64,000 nt of DNA from Spizellomyces punctatus DAOM BR117 (taxonomy: Eukaryota), in NCBI GenBank assembly GCA_000182565.2, contig KQ257469.1; one strand, written 5' to 3'. The notes below the pieces were generated by a model. The model was not told where the DNA came from. It worked only from the letters and a program-made list of their open reading frames with translations, and searched no databases. Below are positions 12,086 to 25,980 of the stretch, piece by piece. Numbering within the stretch: position 1 is the first letter of the stretch; each line of letters begins with the position of its first letter. Made by a program: the position numbers and the translations under genes.

Positions 12086-13204
12086 AGGTTTGAGGTACTT
12101 ACCTTTTTATTGTAACCCACATCTTGGCCGATAATGTCTCTAAATGCTTGCAAAAGACGACCATTCGCGTACCGGTAATTAAACTGGTCGAGCCCACGGA
12201 ACGCGTAGAGAGAGTGTCCCAGGAACCCTCGGAAAGAGGGATTCTTGGGACCTCTCTTGAGATAAGATTGTACAAGCTTTTGAGCTTTCGTGAGGTCGAT
12301 TTCTCAGTTTTCTTCATCGTAGGTGAGTGCTGAGAAAACGATTTGGGGGGGGGGGGGGGGGGTGGTGAGCCGAAGGAGAGGGTTTATATACGCGGTTACG
12401 CAGTTTTAATGCATTAAATTCAATTAAAGGCGCACAGTCACTACACGCATCTTTCCAGTCACGCTAAGCCTGTGGTTCCATCTCAGTTGCAGTGTGCTTT
12501 AAATGGGTGACTGCTGGTTAATGGTGGTGGTATTCAACCAAGGAATTGTTAGAATAGAAAGATGGCAGCGTTACGGGAAGATGGTCCAAACTTTCCAACG
12601 AAAATCAAAGGTTATCTACTACCACACTGGATGTAACCCTGTAGAAGAAAGGTTGATTCCTTAAAGGTCCAATCCATTCATTGCCGTCCTTTGGTCCGAT
12701 AGAGCAACTTACGGTCCCCATTGGATTTTCGTCCAATTATCCTTACTCAGATTCGATCCAATACATCGGCTGTTACATTTAAAGAGATGTCGTCTGCTTG
12801 GGCCTCAACATCACAAGATACTAGTTCCGCATCATGATAACGGCATAGAAAGCAAGCTCATAAAAGCAGAGTGAGACAGATGAGCCAGCAAGACAGTATC
12901 CTTCATCTCAAGAAGCGTCGTATTGCAATGCAGATATACTGGTGGTTTCATGGAATAAGGTTAATCGGAGATGCATGCCAAGAAGGCAAATACTTGATGG
13001 ATTAAACTCTGGATAATAACTAATTTCATGCTGATCGACAAATAGGATGATTGTATTCATGTTCACATAACCAATGTCTTTGAACAGCCGCAAATCCGGT
13101 TAAACAAATTCAAGATAGCCTTGCATCTACCAACTGATAACTATCAAAGGGCAGTACCGGCACCTTCCTTCGTACGGCGTCACTCAGGAATAAAAAGAAC
13201 TTTA

Positions 13205-13365
13205 CCTCATCGGACAGGATTTCTTCACCAAATCGCGAGTAATTGGGAAATTGTCCGGATTCCAGAATGATGTGGCTGTTCCCAAGTTGCCCAGTCCAGT
13301 ACGGCCAATTCGGTGAACATCGTCGTCAATCTGGTTTGGGTCGTGCATGACAGACGTGCATGGCA
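13205..13365 (-). pseudogene. Fragment of a Ded1/DDX3-type DEAD-box helicase C-terminal domain
   Basis: HDPNQIDDDVHRIGRTGLGNLGTATSFWN...ITRDLVK matches motif VI (YVHRIGRTGRAGN.G.ATSF) with substitutions and a deletion. No other helicase parts nearby. Confidence 0.75.
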
Positions 13366-14875
13366 TGCCATGAATTGTACCAGCCCGAAAGCCCTCTCCT
13401 GGACCGTCCGCCTCATCGGATCTCACGTCCGTGAGGCCACCGACCCAAGCCTGGTTGGTCTGGGGGTGGACCACCCCAATCTTCCGGGAGAAGTTGTTTG
13501 ACCTGACGTGGTGGGCGAGATGCGTCCGGCGTTTCCCGAGGACTCAAGTACCCATAAGGTAAAACCGTGAGGTAGACCGGTCCGCGAGAAAGAAGAGGTT
13601 TTGAGGAGTCTGGAGTTGGTGATGGTTTACGGCCAACGCAGTACAGACGGTCAAAGCTAAGCGGACTCCTGACAAATACCACCATCAGTTCAAGCTAGTG
13701 AGACTAGCAAGAAGCTATGAAAGCCATGACAGACGGATACATATATCCCCCATACTTGCGACCAAGAACGATGCGTGACATTCACAAGGATAATGACCGG
13801 GTGAGTATGTAACTAGACATGCAACTGTAGAGAAAGACAAGTAGGACTGCCTGTATCCAGTATGGAATACAATTTCAGTAGATGCAAAGGATGTAGGCAT
13901 GGAAAGACATTGGTGGTCCCTGAGATGGATACAAGCGGGCGTAACATATAACATTGTTGACAGTGTCGAAAACAACAGCTAGGACGATGGAAAAGTATGG
14001 AATGCCGGATATCTAAAATTGCAATAACATTCATCAGAATCCCTTACTCATCAAAGAGAGATTTCAGAGTCTAGCAACAATACAATATCCAAACATACTC
14101 AAAACATCCACCATCAAATCCAAATGCCAAAAAACACACAGAGTGGTAGTGTCTTTGGGTACATTGGATCAAACTCTAAATCATAGGCGGGAATCTTAAC
14201 AAGTAGCGCGCGGGTTTTTTTGGAACACTTGAGACGGCAGAGTAAACGTGTCTCATCGATGGCGGGTAACAAGTGTGAAATGGTAAGATCAACATTAGGG
14301 TTTATGACTTTTTTCTTTTAGTGTGCTTTTCATATCACTGTTCAATGTGTGTTGGATTGGGGTTCTGTATGGACCTACTGAAATTCAAGAGATTGTCGTT
14401 CACGAATGGAGAGGTGTGGAAATGCAAATCACGGTACACGCCATTCAGGGCTTTCAGGCATACGCTTCGAGAGAACGTCCCAAATGTTGCATCACAGACT
14501 TGGTTCATCCTATACCGCAGAAAACATTTTGATATTCACCAAGCGAAATAATTAATAAGACGGGATCAAAGTCAGAGACCCAACGTCATTCACATTTCTT
14601 CAGAATACGAATGCATTCGTTACAAAAGGGTTACAAGAAGAAAGACAATTAAATAAAAAAGAGCCGATCACTTCACCGCCCTCACCCTCCCCGCCCAAAA
14701 AAAAAGGGATTGAAGAACATGAAAGAAAAAGAAACAAGGTGTGTGTAGGATACTCCACGACGTTTAGTTTCCCGCCCCAGTTTTAGACGCTAGTATCAGT
14801 TTTTTTCATTTGCCTGAACGTATCATTGCACTTTATCCGGTAACGATTCAGATTAAAAAATCACCATCGCAATCG

Positions 14876-17800
14876 CTACTCGTCGCTATATACAATCCCA
14901 GCTTCCTCCGTGGTCTTCATCTGTCCCAGTTGGTTTCCACTTTCTAGTATGCCAGGTTGCCCATCTGTAGAAACACCCTCTCCTTGATCTTCCGGGACGG
15001 CCTCTAATTGACAAACATCATCGTCCACATCTCGCCACTCGTCGTCATGCATAGCCTGTTCATCGCCAGCAGAATCAGCCATCTCTATGGGATGCCAACC
15101 ATCGTCTTCCTCGCCAGGTTCTCGATCCCAGCTCGTACCAGTAAATTCGAGCGCTTCATGCTGACTCGTCCCGCGCATCGAACTGTTGCGTTTTACTAGC
15201 GTGCCAGTGTTTAGTGGGCTCTTGTGAGTGACACTGATTGTTCGAGTGGGGATTCGGGCCCGGATCAGGGTACGAGATGCACTGACGGGATCATGAACTA
15301 TAGGTCGAACGGGAAGCGGTGGATCTTGGGTTGGTGGGATATCCCCGTACGGGCTGGACAAGATCTCGGACGGTGGTTTGTCTTCAGATGATACGCTCTT
15401 TTCTGGGATTGGTTTGGGGAACATGGTGGGATCTACGGCAGCAGACGTGGTTCGCGGCGGAATACCAATGGATGGGAATGTTATTGTGGGATCATATCGA
15501 ACGATTCCGCCCCCGTTCGACATTCTTTTGAAAATGATGCGCGGGTGGGCTGATCGTAGCGGGATAAGAATACGTCGACTGGATGATCGTCGCAGGGGAG
15601 GAACCGCCGAGGTCGTGGCTGGGTCCGAGGATGGTGTCAACGGTTGTCCATGCCCTTTGCCAGGTTGAACATCGTCCAATCCCGAGCTTGGTTGCCGTCT
15701 ATGCCCTGGGATACCCTGACCCCTCCCTGCGCTGGTCTTTCGTCGATGCCCTAGGATTGGGTTCCGACCAACGCTCGGGTTCCGCCTGTGACCTAGTCCA
15801 GACTCGCTACTCGTTCGATCCGATGCACACACGCCCTCCGCCAAATGATCATTCAGCTGCTCGCGTCGTCCCTCCCACCCACATCCAGCCGCCTTGCAGC
15901 GCACCACCAAATTCTTGACCATATCTTGCACATCCTGCGCTGGAGCCACATGTCCCGGCCCAATTCGCGATCGACAGAACGGACAGCTCTTGCTGTGCGC
16001 TAACCATCGCCAAATACAGGAAGAGCAAGCCACATTTGCGCAACAGCTCAGCCGAACAGCGCGCTCACAGACATCTACACAAAGAGGGCATGTAGCGAAT
16101 TCCCGCGGATCAGGCGGAATAGCGTTGGCGAACTCGGGGGTTAGACCAAGTCCATTGTCGATGTGGTGGCTGGCCGAGGTGCCAGGATTCATGACATCGG
16201 CGCTACCAAGATACGTAAACCTTCGTCGCGAAATCTCCTGCCTCTTTGTGTTCCCAAAAAGTGACGAGATGCGCGGAGATATAACAACGGTCGAGGGGAG
16301 CCCGCTACGTGCTTTTAACGATGGCTGACGACGATGGCGACCACTGGGTTGACGGTGTAATCGTCCACTCGCTGGCATGGTAGTGCTCTCCGCTACTGGC
16401 GGTGGTTGAATTGGTATGTCGCTTGCCGGGAGCGGTAGTGTGAGACTGTTGCGAGATGGTACGATGGGAGGTTCTGGTTCTGGTACGATCTGGGCGTGCG
16501 GTGCAAAGATGTGTGCATGGAGCGATCGTGATGCAGTCGACGCATTCGCGCTACCAGGAAGAGGAGGTCGAGCAGCTGCTGGCATCGCTTCTATGCCAGA
16601 CGGCTTGATAACCCAGTAAGCTAACGGCGTCAGATCATCGTCTTCCGTGGTTTCCGCGACTTCAGGGCCGTCTTTCTGTTGGTCCTGCAGGGCCACTGAT
16701 TCAACCAGCAGTCCAGCACCTTCACTAGGGATAGAACTTGCGTCAGTACCCGCGACAGACTGGTTTTGCCAATCGTTGGTCGACACGTTCTCTTCTATCA
16801 GCATTTTCGGACGCTTTTTAAATAGCGATCGCACACTACCGGTCGTACTACGCAAGTTACCAGCGCCAACAGGCAGGTCCTCGTGATGTACTGGTTCGTG
16901 AGCATCCGCTACCGCATGCTTTTGCCCAAGGTCCTCCGCCGACGCTCTGGTTTTGACCTCTACAGGCCGGGCTGTTTGGTCTATCGCATGTGGTGGCAAA
17001 GCTGCATTCTCCGAGATATCACTCCAACTTTCCTCATCAGGCCGTGTTTGCTTATCTGCAGAAGCGTCGTGTCCGTGTTCGTTTGGAATGGGCCCTTGGG
17101 GTATTCCAGTAGACTGACTTGTTTTGATCCCAGAGCGATCCTTCTTTTTAAATAACGAAGGACGTGCCTGCAATTTAGGCTCCGAAGGAGGGGGTTGTGA
17201 AGCGAATGCGACTAGCCCCGGTATTGGCATTTTACTAGCCAATCGTACGGGAATCGGAACTGGAGATCTTGCCGCAGTTGCTTGAACATTAGTGGGTACC
17301 GTTGTCGGTAGGTCAGTGGGCAATTGCGGCAAGGCCTTCTCGGGTGGCGGGCGTCCCATCTCACCGGTTGATGGTGCAGGAACCACAATTTCGGGAAGAG
17401 TACGCATTATTGGAGGCAACTCTTTGTTTACATACACCAAACCGATCGAGCTCGCTCGCGGTATATCAGTGGGTTGGTGTGCTAGAGCAGGTTCTAATGC
17501 GTTCTGCGGCTGCTCCTGACTAGGCGCAGGCTGTGATGATCCTAGTACGTCCGTAGGAATGACAGGGACTGTTGAGATACTTGGCATGATATCATTCCTC
17601 GTCACTACCGGGTTTGTTCCAGCCGCAGGTTGTTCTATTGTGTCTGAATCACCCGTCCGCCCAGCGTTGACAGGTAATTCTGATGGCAGTGCCACATTTG
17701 GAGGACATTCCACAGTCGCCGTTGCTGGTGGTGTTTGTGGGGCCGATTCTGCTTGGACAACGGTAATTGTCGGGTCATTGTGATTCACCCTTCCAGGACT

Positions 17801-18700
17801 TGATATCTCTGTTATTCCCTTGTCCGTTGGAATAGTTACGGCACCGTCCACACATTCTACGTAATAGAAGAGTTCAAACTCAATACAGGCGAAGTTTTAC
17901 AGGATCATGAAATCATAAACAAACCTCCTTCGTCAGAACCATCAACGGCATTCACATTTTTGGCATTCAAACATTGGTCTCCATCTTCCACGGCAGTAAC
18001 ATAACTACAAACACTACTATCTTCCGCATATCCAGCTTCCGTGTTCTCATCACTCTGTTCAGCCGCCAGCCTTCCAAGGGACGCACTTCGTCGCTTCAAA
18101 GGTGTGGACCGTCGCCACCTCCTTGGTGTAGGTTGAGCAAAATATCCTTCAATAATCTCCCGTTCATCAACCTGATCAGGCGATCCACCCGATTCCGATC
18201 CACTCATCGACAAATGATCTCCCATCGTATTCTTTCCTTCCTGCGTAGATCCTTCCTGTGTCGCCTGGTCATCCTCTGCAACCAATGTCATATGGGTCGC
18301 AACTGGCGGTGTTGCAGGTAAGATCGATACCAAGGGCGGCGTGATGGGATTGAGGGGAAGGGGTAACGGGAACACTGCAAATTCTACACCAGTTGCAGGC
18401 ATTTTGGGATGCATACCGTGGTGTGGGATGACGGGAAAAGGGGATATCGCGTTTGCGCGGCTATTTTCAACGGCGGTAATCCCTCGTTCGGTAGTTGCAG
18501 AGAGTGAATCGCATGCGGCATTCCACTTTGGAAGTCAAATGTAGATGTTCAAACTCCACCAGCAGCCCCCTCCAACCCAAACAGTAACGCAATAGTTTGT
18601 CACTAAAGACAACTGAGACGCTATCTATACTCGTCACAGTCTCCAAAGTGTCGTCAGTTGGCAACGGTCCAGCGATTCTAGTTGGTATGATACAAACGCT
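14876..18700 (-). CDS. Large low-complexity protein with a RING finger plus TRAF/Sina-type zinc finger (putative E3 ligase); 5' end uncertain
   Basis: CPLCVDVCERAVRLSCCANVACSSCIWRWLAHSKSCPFCR followed by VRCKAAGCGWEGRREQLNDHLAEGVC; intron 17857-17924 joins ORF 17905-18414. Confidence 0.8.
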
Positions 18701-19434
18701 AAATAGTCCCGCAAGTCTCTGTTGAGCTTGTCCTTGACCACACACCAAAGTTCTTCAACCAACTCAACGGAATGACCAACACAAACAACGCAACAAACGT
18801 GTTGAAAATGAGCCCGCCCCCGTCAGCTTGCCTTTCCCAGCAAGTGTTCGTTCTCAAAGCCGCTGTAAACTCGATCAAGACAACGGATATAGCAATCACG
18901 TGATGATATTACTACTATATCGGGACAAATGGCTCCTTTTTCGTAAGCCATGTCCGATGGGTTGCGCCCTTGGGTTTGCGATTAAAAGCTCTCCAAGTCT
19001 CTCCATCGGTCAAACAGCATAACAAAGGATTTAAGCCATCGTCACATCAGACAATATTTACAATAGTACAAGGACAGACAAGGTTACGAACAAACACAAG
19101 CAAAACATCGTCAGAACGTTTAGACATAAAACCTCCTACATACCCATCTAGTCTACCACAACAATGTGGACAGAACGTGAGGGAAAAAAGGTATTCTATT
19201 TTACAACGCAAAGAAGGGAAAAAGTTCGCTTGATTTGAAGTGAATACACGAGAAAGTGATGATTGTGATGCGAAAAGGGCCGAGAAATGCAAGAGTATAT
19301 ACAAATGATTGCGGTCGTGCGTTTGGGTGCCAGGTTTTTTTATGTTTTTCATGTTTTGATGTTGTCAGGTGCGCTGGATATTTTGGAATCGAGTGGATGG
19401 AGAGTATAATGTGTTGTTGGATGAGAGGAGAGTT

Positions 19435-20856
19435 TCATAGACAGCGTTTCGCTTTTAAATGTCGATGTAAAGCGTCGCTTCGCGTGAATGTCGTCCCACA
19501 GTGTGTGCATTCATATGGTTTGAAATCGGTATTGTGAGTTGCTTTGTGGCGCTTTAGATCTTGACGACGTACAAACGCTCGCTATAGAAGTAGATCAGAC
19601 AAAAATCCTACAAGACTCACAACCAAAAACAAAATGAAACCAACCTGACAAACATCGCACACATGGTTCCTCTCCGCTTTATGCAACCGCGCATGGGTTT
19701 TCAAGCTTCCCAATTTTTCAAACAATTTTCCACAGACGCACTTGAATTTTGCACCAAAACCAAGAGCTTGCTGTAAATCCGTATCCTCCAAATGCTCTAA
19801 ATCGTATAAAGATATAATATTTTCATCAATCTTTGCGTCACCCGACTGGGGGTCAATGAACGCTGGTATTTCGAGAGGCTCGACGGAAGGATCCTCGTTG
19901 ACAAAGACATACTGCTTTGGTTGGGCCGGTTCCGGCGTTGAGGGAATGGGCGGCGAGGGCGGTGCCAGTGCCGAGGTCGGATGATACGGTAGTGTTTGGA
20001 ACGGTGAGTGGACACTCGGACTTGCGCTGGGGATGGTGGGGCTGTACATGCTTGGTGCGCCATAATAGGGTGTATTCATGGCGTAGCTGGACACATTGGA
20101 CATGTTGGGCACAAACGGGACGGAAAAGCGTCGGCCAAGAGCAGAAGGCGGGACAGGAGATCGCACCTGATGAAGCACGCCAGGGGAAAGGGACGCCGCG
20201 CGTTCAACGGGTATCGTGGCGGGCGAAGAAGGTGAGGGAAGAGCAGGGAGATTTCCACTGGAGGACGAGAGTGGTGAGTTGGTGTTGGCGATCGAGGCTC
20301 TCCGCACCACAAAAGGAGCGACGGGGGAAGAGCCGACGGTAGGCACGTGAGGGAGGCTTCGTCGTTGGCGGGTAGGAACGATGATGGGTTGGAGGCCCGA
20401 CACTCGACGGGGCATGTATGGCATGGCATTGGATGGTACCACAGGAACTGAAGTGAAATCGCGGTTGCTTTCCGTCCCATTCACGCCAAAGCCATGGAGG
20501 CTCTGCGGTCCCTGAAAGCCTTGCGAAGGCGACTGCCCATACTGCTCCAACGAAGACGTGTCATACAATGTTAGGTCTTCCATGGCACTCGAAGCCGATA
20601 GCGGAGAAGAAAGGCCCAGAGATTCCATCCCGAGTTCACAGTCTACATCAATGGGCGATGACATGTCCAGCGACGTTGATGCACCAGAGCTATACCCTTC
20701 GTCCATAATAGAGCTCGCCACGCTAGGGCGGCGGCAGTGCGCCATCCCATTCGCAAAGACCGACATGGTCGGGAGGTGCTGAAGCGGTGGCGACGAGGGT
20801 TCGTTATAACTTAGGGACAGCGGAAACATGTCATTTGGAATCGGTGAGGATAACAT
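19435..20856 (-). CDS. C2H2 zinc-finger transcription factor (3 fingers)
   Basis: FKCVCGKLFEKLGSLKTHARLH, HVCDVCQ|RAFVRRQDLKRHKATH, YECTHCGTTFTRSDALHRHLKAKRCL*; intron 19582-19644. Confidence 0.9.
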
Positions 20857-21739
20857 GGTTACGTGTGTTGCCCGTCCGTCAAAAATCGATAATCAAAAAA
20901 GGTTTTGCCAAAATGTCCGTGGTTGTCGGCGTTCGGTGGCCGAATGCGAATCGTTGTCGTTTGTTCTTCTTGTCGTAGCGTTCAACGTCCCCCACGATAG
21001 AAAAAAAATCCTTGCAAAAAGCAGAGAGGAGGACCGTTGAAAACCAAGGGAATAAAATAAAAAAGTTTGAAGGAATTGCCAAGACCCCAACGACTGTAAA
21101 TATACTTTCTAATCTCCTAAATCCAAACGCTGTGACCTCTGCTTCCACAAGCAAAAAAGTCTAAAATGAAATTCAGAATGCAAGTTCCCCCTCCCTCTGG
21201 AGAACCAAAAAGCAATATTGAGTAATACGCAAAAATGGAGAGGTCTTGCTTTCTCTAAGTTTTAATAATAAAGTGGTAAACTAACTAGGTGGAATTTATG
21301 GAGCAAGTTTCGTCTTTAGCCAAAAGGAATTTCAACGTTAGAAAGAAAAAGAAAGAAAGAACACGATCCCAATGTCGTATCCTCTGTGTGAACAAGTGTG
21401 AAAGTGTGAAATCCAAACACTAGATTGACTGGTTACTCTGTTCCTTTGAATCTTGCGTTTGAATCGGGACCCAAGTTTCAATCAAGTAAAAGATCAGCAA
21501 AGGCCACTCTGTAAAATCCCAAAAGGAGGAGGAAGGAATAAACGTTCAAAACCAACATGGAAACGAGAGCGATGGAGTAACAAAAAAGCTACTTTCTACT
21601 TCGAACTTTGCAACCAACTGACAACATTAAACACTGTGTTGAAACGAAACACACGGACAGGGGCATCGGACCTTGCGTTACACGACCGTTTAATAGGGCG
21701 TTATAACAAGTTGCGGCCGTGTTTCAAGGTTTTTCATGG

Positions 21740-21815
21740 ATGTTGCGAGTTTTGAATTCATGGGATACTTTCCCTTTGGGTTGAGGAGAACCGAGTTCGA
21801 TTCCCGGTGGTGGTA
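21740..21815 (+). pseudogene. Possible decayed tRNA (Pro-TGG-like) relic
   Basis: T-arm-like ccgag-ttcgatt-cccgg and a tttgggt loop, followed by a T-run; acceptor and D stems pair poorly. Confidence 0.2.
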
Positions 21816-22095
21816 ATTGGCAAACTTTACTTTTTGTATTTTTTGCGATTTGGTGTTGAATTCATTCCCCCGTGATGTTGCAGGTTTTTTTTTTTTTATT
21901 TATTGCGAGTTCGATTCTTGGCGGGTACACTTTTGTTGTTTTTGTTCAACCAGTTGAGGGTTCGAACCGCGCTGTCGTCCAAGTCGGTTCGCGCTTTGGG
22001 GAATGAGCCCGTTTTTCCGACACTTCCGCATATCGCCCGTCTTGGCAAGATTCCTTTCATTCCATGTCGCTTCATTCACCCTGCCCATTCGCAAA

Positions 22096-22726
22096 ATGTC
22101 TCTCCTCCTGAACACTCTCCTGGCCTTGACGGCCTTGATTACTCTAACCCATCTTCCCCCGTCCAAGCTCTTTGCTCTCCATCCAATAGCAATGACCGCG
22201 GCACTGGTCCTTGGAATCCAAGGAACACTCAACCTCAACCGCCGACGCAAAAACAAGAAACAACAACTCAAACCTCAGACAAGGGAGGAAGCGGTGGATG
22301 GGCATTTTAATTTCATGATGATGGCTGTCATGTTGATGGGATTGGGACTCTTGGGTAACGTATGGTTTTGTTTACAATGTTTGTTTATAATTGGTTTTTT
22401 AATCATGTGCCATATTTCCAATGAATATAGCGATATACCAACATAAGAATCACACCAACGATCCCCATTTCGAGTCTCTTCATAGTCTCCTCGCAAGCAC
22501 GCTCCTGCTCTTGATTATCATTATGGTGCTTTCAGGCATTAGTTTCAAATCCCAGATCCGGCCCATTATTCCATGGCGGCTGCACCGTTTAGCAGGGTAC
22601 GCACTGCTGGTTGGACTGACGGGGGTGTATTATACGGGATTGGACTATATGGTGGAGGGAGCGAGTGTATGGTACGCAAGAGGGGTTTTGGGATGTACGA
22701 GTGCTGTTCTGGTCACTTTGCTATAG
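22096..22726 (+). CDS. Cytochrome b561-domain membrane protein
   Basis: Four heme-ligand His contexts: LHPIAM, GHFNF, HFESLHSLL, LHRLAG; hydrophobic helices; intron 22355-22430. Confidence 0.85.
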
Positions 22727-23141
22727 TGGCGATGGGGTGTATAGACTCCACCTCCCATTGACATGTGGATTAAACCCTACCTAGATTCGAATAATTCCTA
22801 TAGCTATTATAGATTAATAAACATATCAAATAAAATGGAGAGAAAATCCAAATGCGTTATGAGCGAAAAAAACGGTTTTCATTCATTCATACACACGCAC
22901 ACACACACACACACATAGAACAAAAAAAAAAAAAGAATCGCTACATTCCTCCTACCGAAAAACGTGGCAGGAAACAAAAAAGGACTTGAGAGCGAACAAC
23001 CCTCCACCCTACAAGAAACAACCCAAAAAAAGAAAAAAGGAAAAACACCAAGAGCCCTCCTTACACCTTTAAGCAACCCAACCCTTTCAATCCCACCCAC
23101 TTGTGTGCTCCGTCTCTCTCCTCCCACTTCGCCAACCCCCA

Positions 23142-25980
23142 TCACATTACAACACCCACTACATCATCCGACCCAGGAGGCGACGGTAAAGCCCCCAAAC
23201 TGCCCAAATCCTCTTTTGGCACACACCCAACCCGCCCACTCAACCCCTTAACAACCCTAAAAGCAATCCTCGCCAAAACCTCCAACCGCCGCTCCAGTTC
23301 CTCAATTCTCGGATCCACCACTTGAATCCCCACACCACAAGGTCCCGTAATCCCATCCACAATATCGTCAAGAATACTAGCGCACATGGCGTGAATGGAG
23401 GTTTTGTCTCTGGTTTCGCAGGTGGGGCATACGTAGGCTGGACAGAATGCACCAGTCGAAGGGGGGTCGAGTGATGGTGCATCAGAAGAGGGTGAAGAGG
23501 GTGGTGATGAGGATATGTAAATGGTTTCGGCGACAAGGACGTCATGGATGGTTTGAATTGATTGGTCGCGGGTTTGTGGACAGGTTTTTGTGGTGTATGG
23601 GGAAGGCGAGGGGGGAGGGGACGGTGGGGTAGGTGGAGAGGTGAGGATAACCGGTTCAGCAGCATCATTTTCCACCAAAGACGATTCATTCTCGGTTGGA
23701 ATGGATTCGGGGGTTTCAGCGGCTTGTTTAGCGAGGACAGCAGCCGCAGCAGTGACTTCAGGAATCCACCCCATATCAATCAACTCTTCAAAAGCCGGAT
23801 CCAAAAGCACCAAGCCTTTTAGCACGTCTTCAAGCGTCGCATCTTCACGTAATCCAACTGCTTCCTCCAAATCCTCAATCTCTGTCATAGTTCCGACTTG
23901 ACATGACTCCTCCTTGTCCGTCTCAACCGCTCGATCAACCATGACGGTTTGTTTCTTTTGGACAGACCGGGCCCGGTTCATACTGAGAGAGGAGGGCGAA
24001 CGCGGTGTATCCGCGGCGTATTTGGCGGGGACTTTGGGAACAGGGGGAACATCCTCGTCTACATCCTGTCTAAACGTGTCTTGAGGGATTGACCCAGCAG
24101 AGCCTTCCCATACGCCAGGGTGACTCGTGGCGCGACGGAAGGGGGGTATGCCTTCATCGTCTGTGCTTGTGCTGGTCACGACAGAGGACGAGGTAGGCAT
24201 TCTAGGTCGTCCGCCGGTGGTTGCTACAGATCCACGACCAGTGGCTGTCAATGAGGACTGAGAGGATGTGGCTAGGGGAGGCTGAGATGCGAGTGTCGGA
24301 TGAGATCCTGTAGCTTCATATGGGATTTGGATCATGGTGTATTTAGGTGTTTTGGGTGTGACAGGTGCAGATGTTATGTTGGCAGCATTGGGAGAGGGGA
24401 CCGTCAACGAGGTTGAACCAGTTGCAGATGGCAACGCAGCAACAGAGTTTGAAATCCGACGACCGAGAATAGTTGTAGATGCTGGGGACGTGGTCGGAGA
24501 TGATGCTGTAGCGGTAATCTGGGGGTTACTCGCACTCTTATTTTTCCCTCCAAGAGAAAACAAGCGCAGTGCAGACGTTTTTCGTTTCTTCTTGTCCTTT
24601 TTCTCGGGTAGGGGGAGTGTAGCCGTTCGGAGGGGTTGGGGTGGAGGTTCATTGTCTCTCAAAAACTCTGCAAGGGATTGTCCCGTTTCCACCTTCTTTT
24701 TCGGCGCATACAACATCTCCAACTCATCATCTTCTGAATCCGTTAAATCCAATGCAGGTGCGGGTAAACGAGGTGTCGCCAATGTCGAGAGCGTTTCCTC
24801 TCTCCGCATGCGCAAAGGAGTTGACTCCTCTTTCTCAACCAGGGCATCTTTATCCAAGTCAAGATTCATTTCAGAGAGTGGGGCACGAGGATCGGTAATA
24901 AAAGAATCAAAGTCGATTCCAAAAGATTCTTTGGAAATTTGGCTTGTTGACCGGGATTTGACGAAATGGTTGGATGCATTGGGACTAGATGGGACACTCG
25001 GGATCGACAGGGCTCGTGCTCGGATAGGTGAGGTGCCCAATGCGCCTTCTGTGATGGTGTTTAGACCCACGTCGCGCATGCGGAGGTCAGAGAAACTGCC
25101 GCGGGGGTAGGTATCATTAGAGGAACGTGTCGACCGTGGTGGACTGGGTGGGAAGCGGATAGATGTTGGATCGAGGTGGGATTGGGTTGCTTTGGCGGTT
25201 TGTCCTGGTTGTGATGAGAGTTTTGCTTGTTGCTGTTGTTGTTGGGGTAAACCAGGGCGGGATTTGGCTTGTTTCTGTCGTATGGTGGTAAATGCATCAT
25301 CTGGACCAGTATACTTTAAAAACTCGACCCAATGGGATTCCTTGACACTACTAGAGGTACTCGGAGCCGCGGTCGCTCCATCAGTAGATTTCTCAAGCGC
25401 TTCCTCAACTTCCTTGCGGAAAAACTTTAACAGTGCAGCATCGCTTTCCGCAACGGCGGACTTTGCTTCGAGTTTGGGCTGTTGTCCTTTGCGGACTTCA
25501 ATGTTTTTCATCTGATCCGGTGTGGATGTCATTTTCTTTGTTTCGTTCGATAGCAAGAGTTTTTCAAAGTCAAAGGCGATGAGTGGGTCCCGCACCGTTC
25601 GCTACATGCCACAACAGAGACATTGAATACGTTACAGCCTTGCGATATAGAGAAGACCCTTTTGACAAACAACCCACCTGAGGAGGCGGACTCGCCAACG
25701 ACTCTTTGGAATCATACTGGGCACCGCGAAACCGATCCAAACTCTGCTTTGACGATCCCGCCTTGCGTCTCCACACATTGAGTGTCCCCCTATCCAAACT
25801 ATCCTTGGGCGTTGGCGTTGAATCACTCTTTTGCCGCCGATGTTCCAAAGGATCCGGTGGGAGGTCCTTGTTAACCAGATAGTCTACATTCTCATCCTCC
25901 GAGTCATTAAAGGACGCTTGTTGTGTTTGCTGTGCATGTGAAGCGTCCATGGCCATGTCAACACCGCCGGCGGTTCGCAT
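23142..25980 (-). CDS. Hypothetical Ser/Pro-rich disordered protein, 2 exons
   Basis: 817-aa ORF joined to the upstream ORF by intron 25602-25677; recurring short motifs LLKFFRK, VEFLKYTGP, SLAEFLRDNEPPP. Confidence 0.75.

Noticed and set aside
12345-12362. Poly-G run (18 nt), possible G-quadruplex
   Set aside because: Simple homopolymer with no supporting context.
13408-13470. Twister-ribozyme resemblance (ccgcc...cccaagcc...ggtgg)
   Set aside because: It lacks the conserved UAA cleavage-site and pseudoknot nucleotides; kept only as a generic structured candidate.
21903-21975. Additional GTTCGA B-box-like motifs
   Set aside because: No cloverleaf can be built around them.
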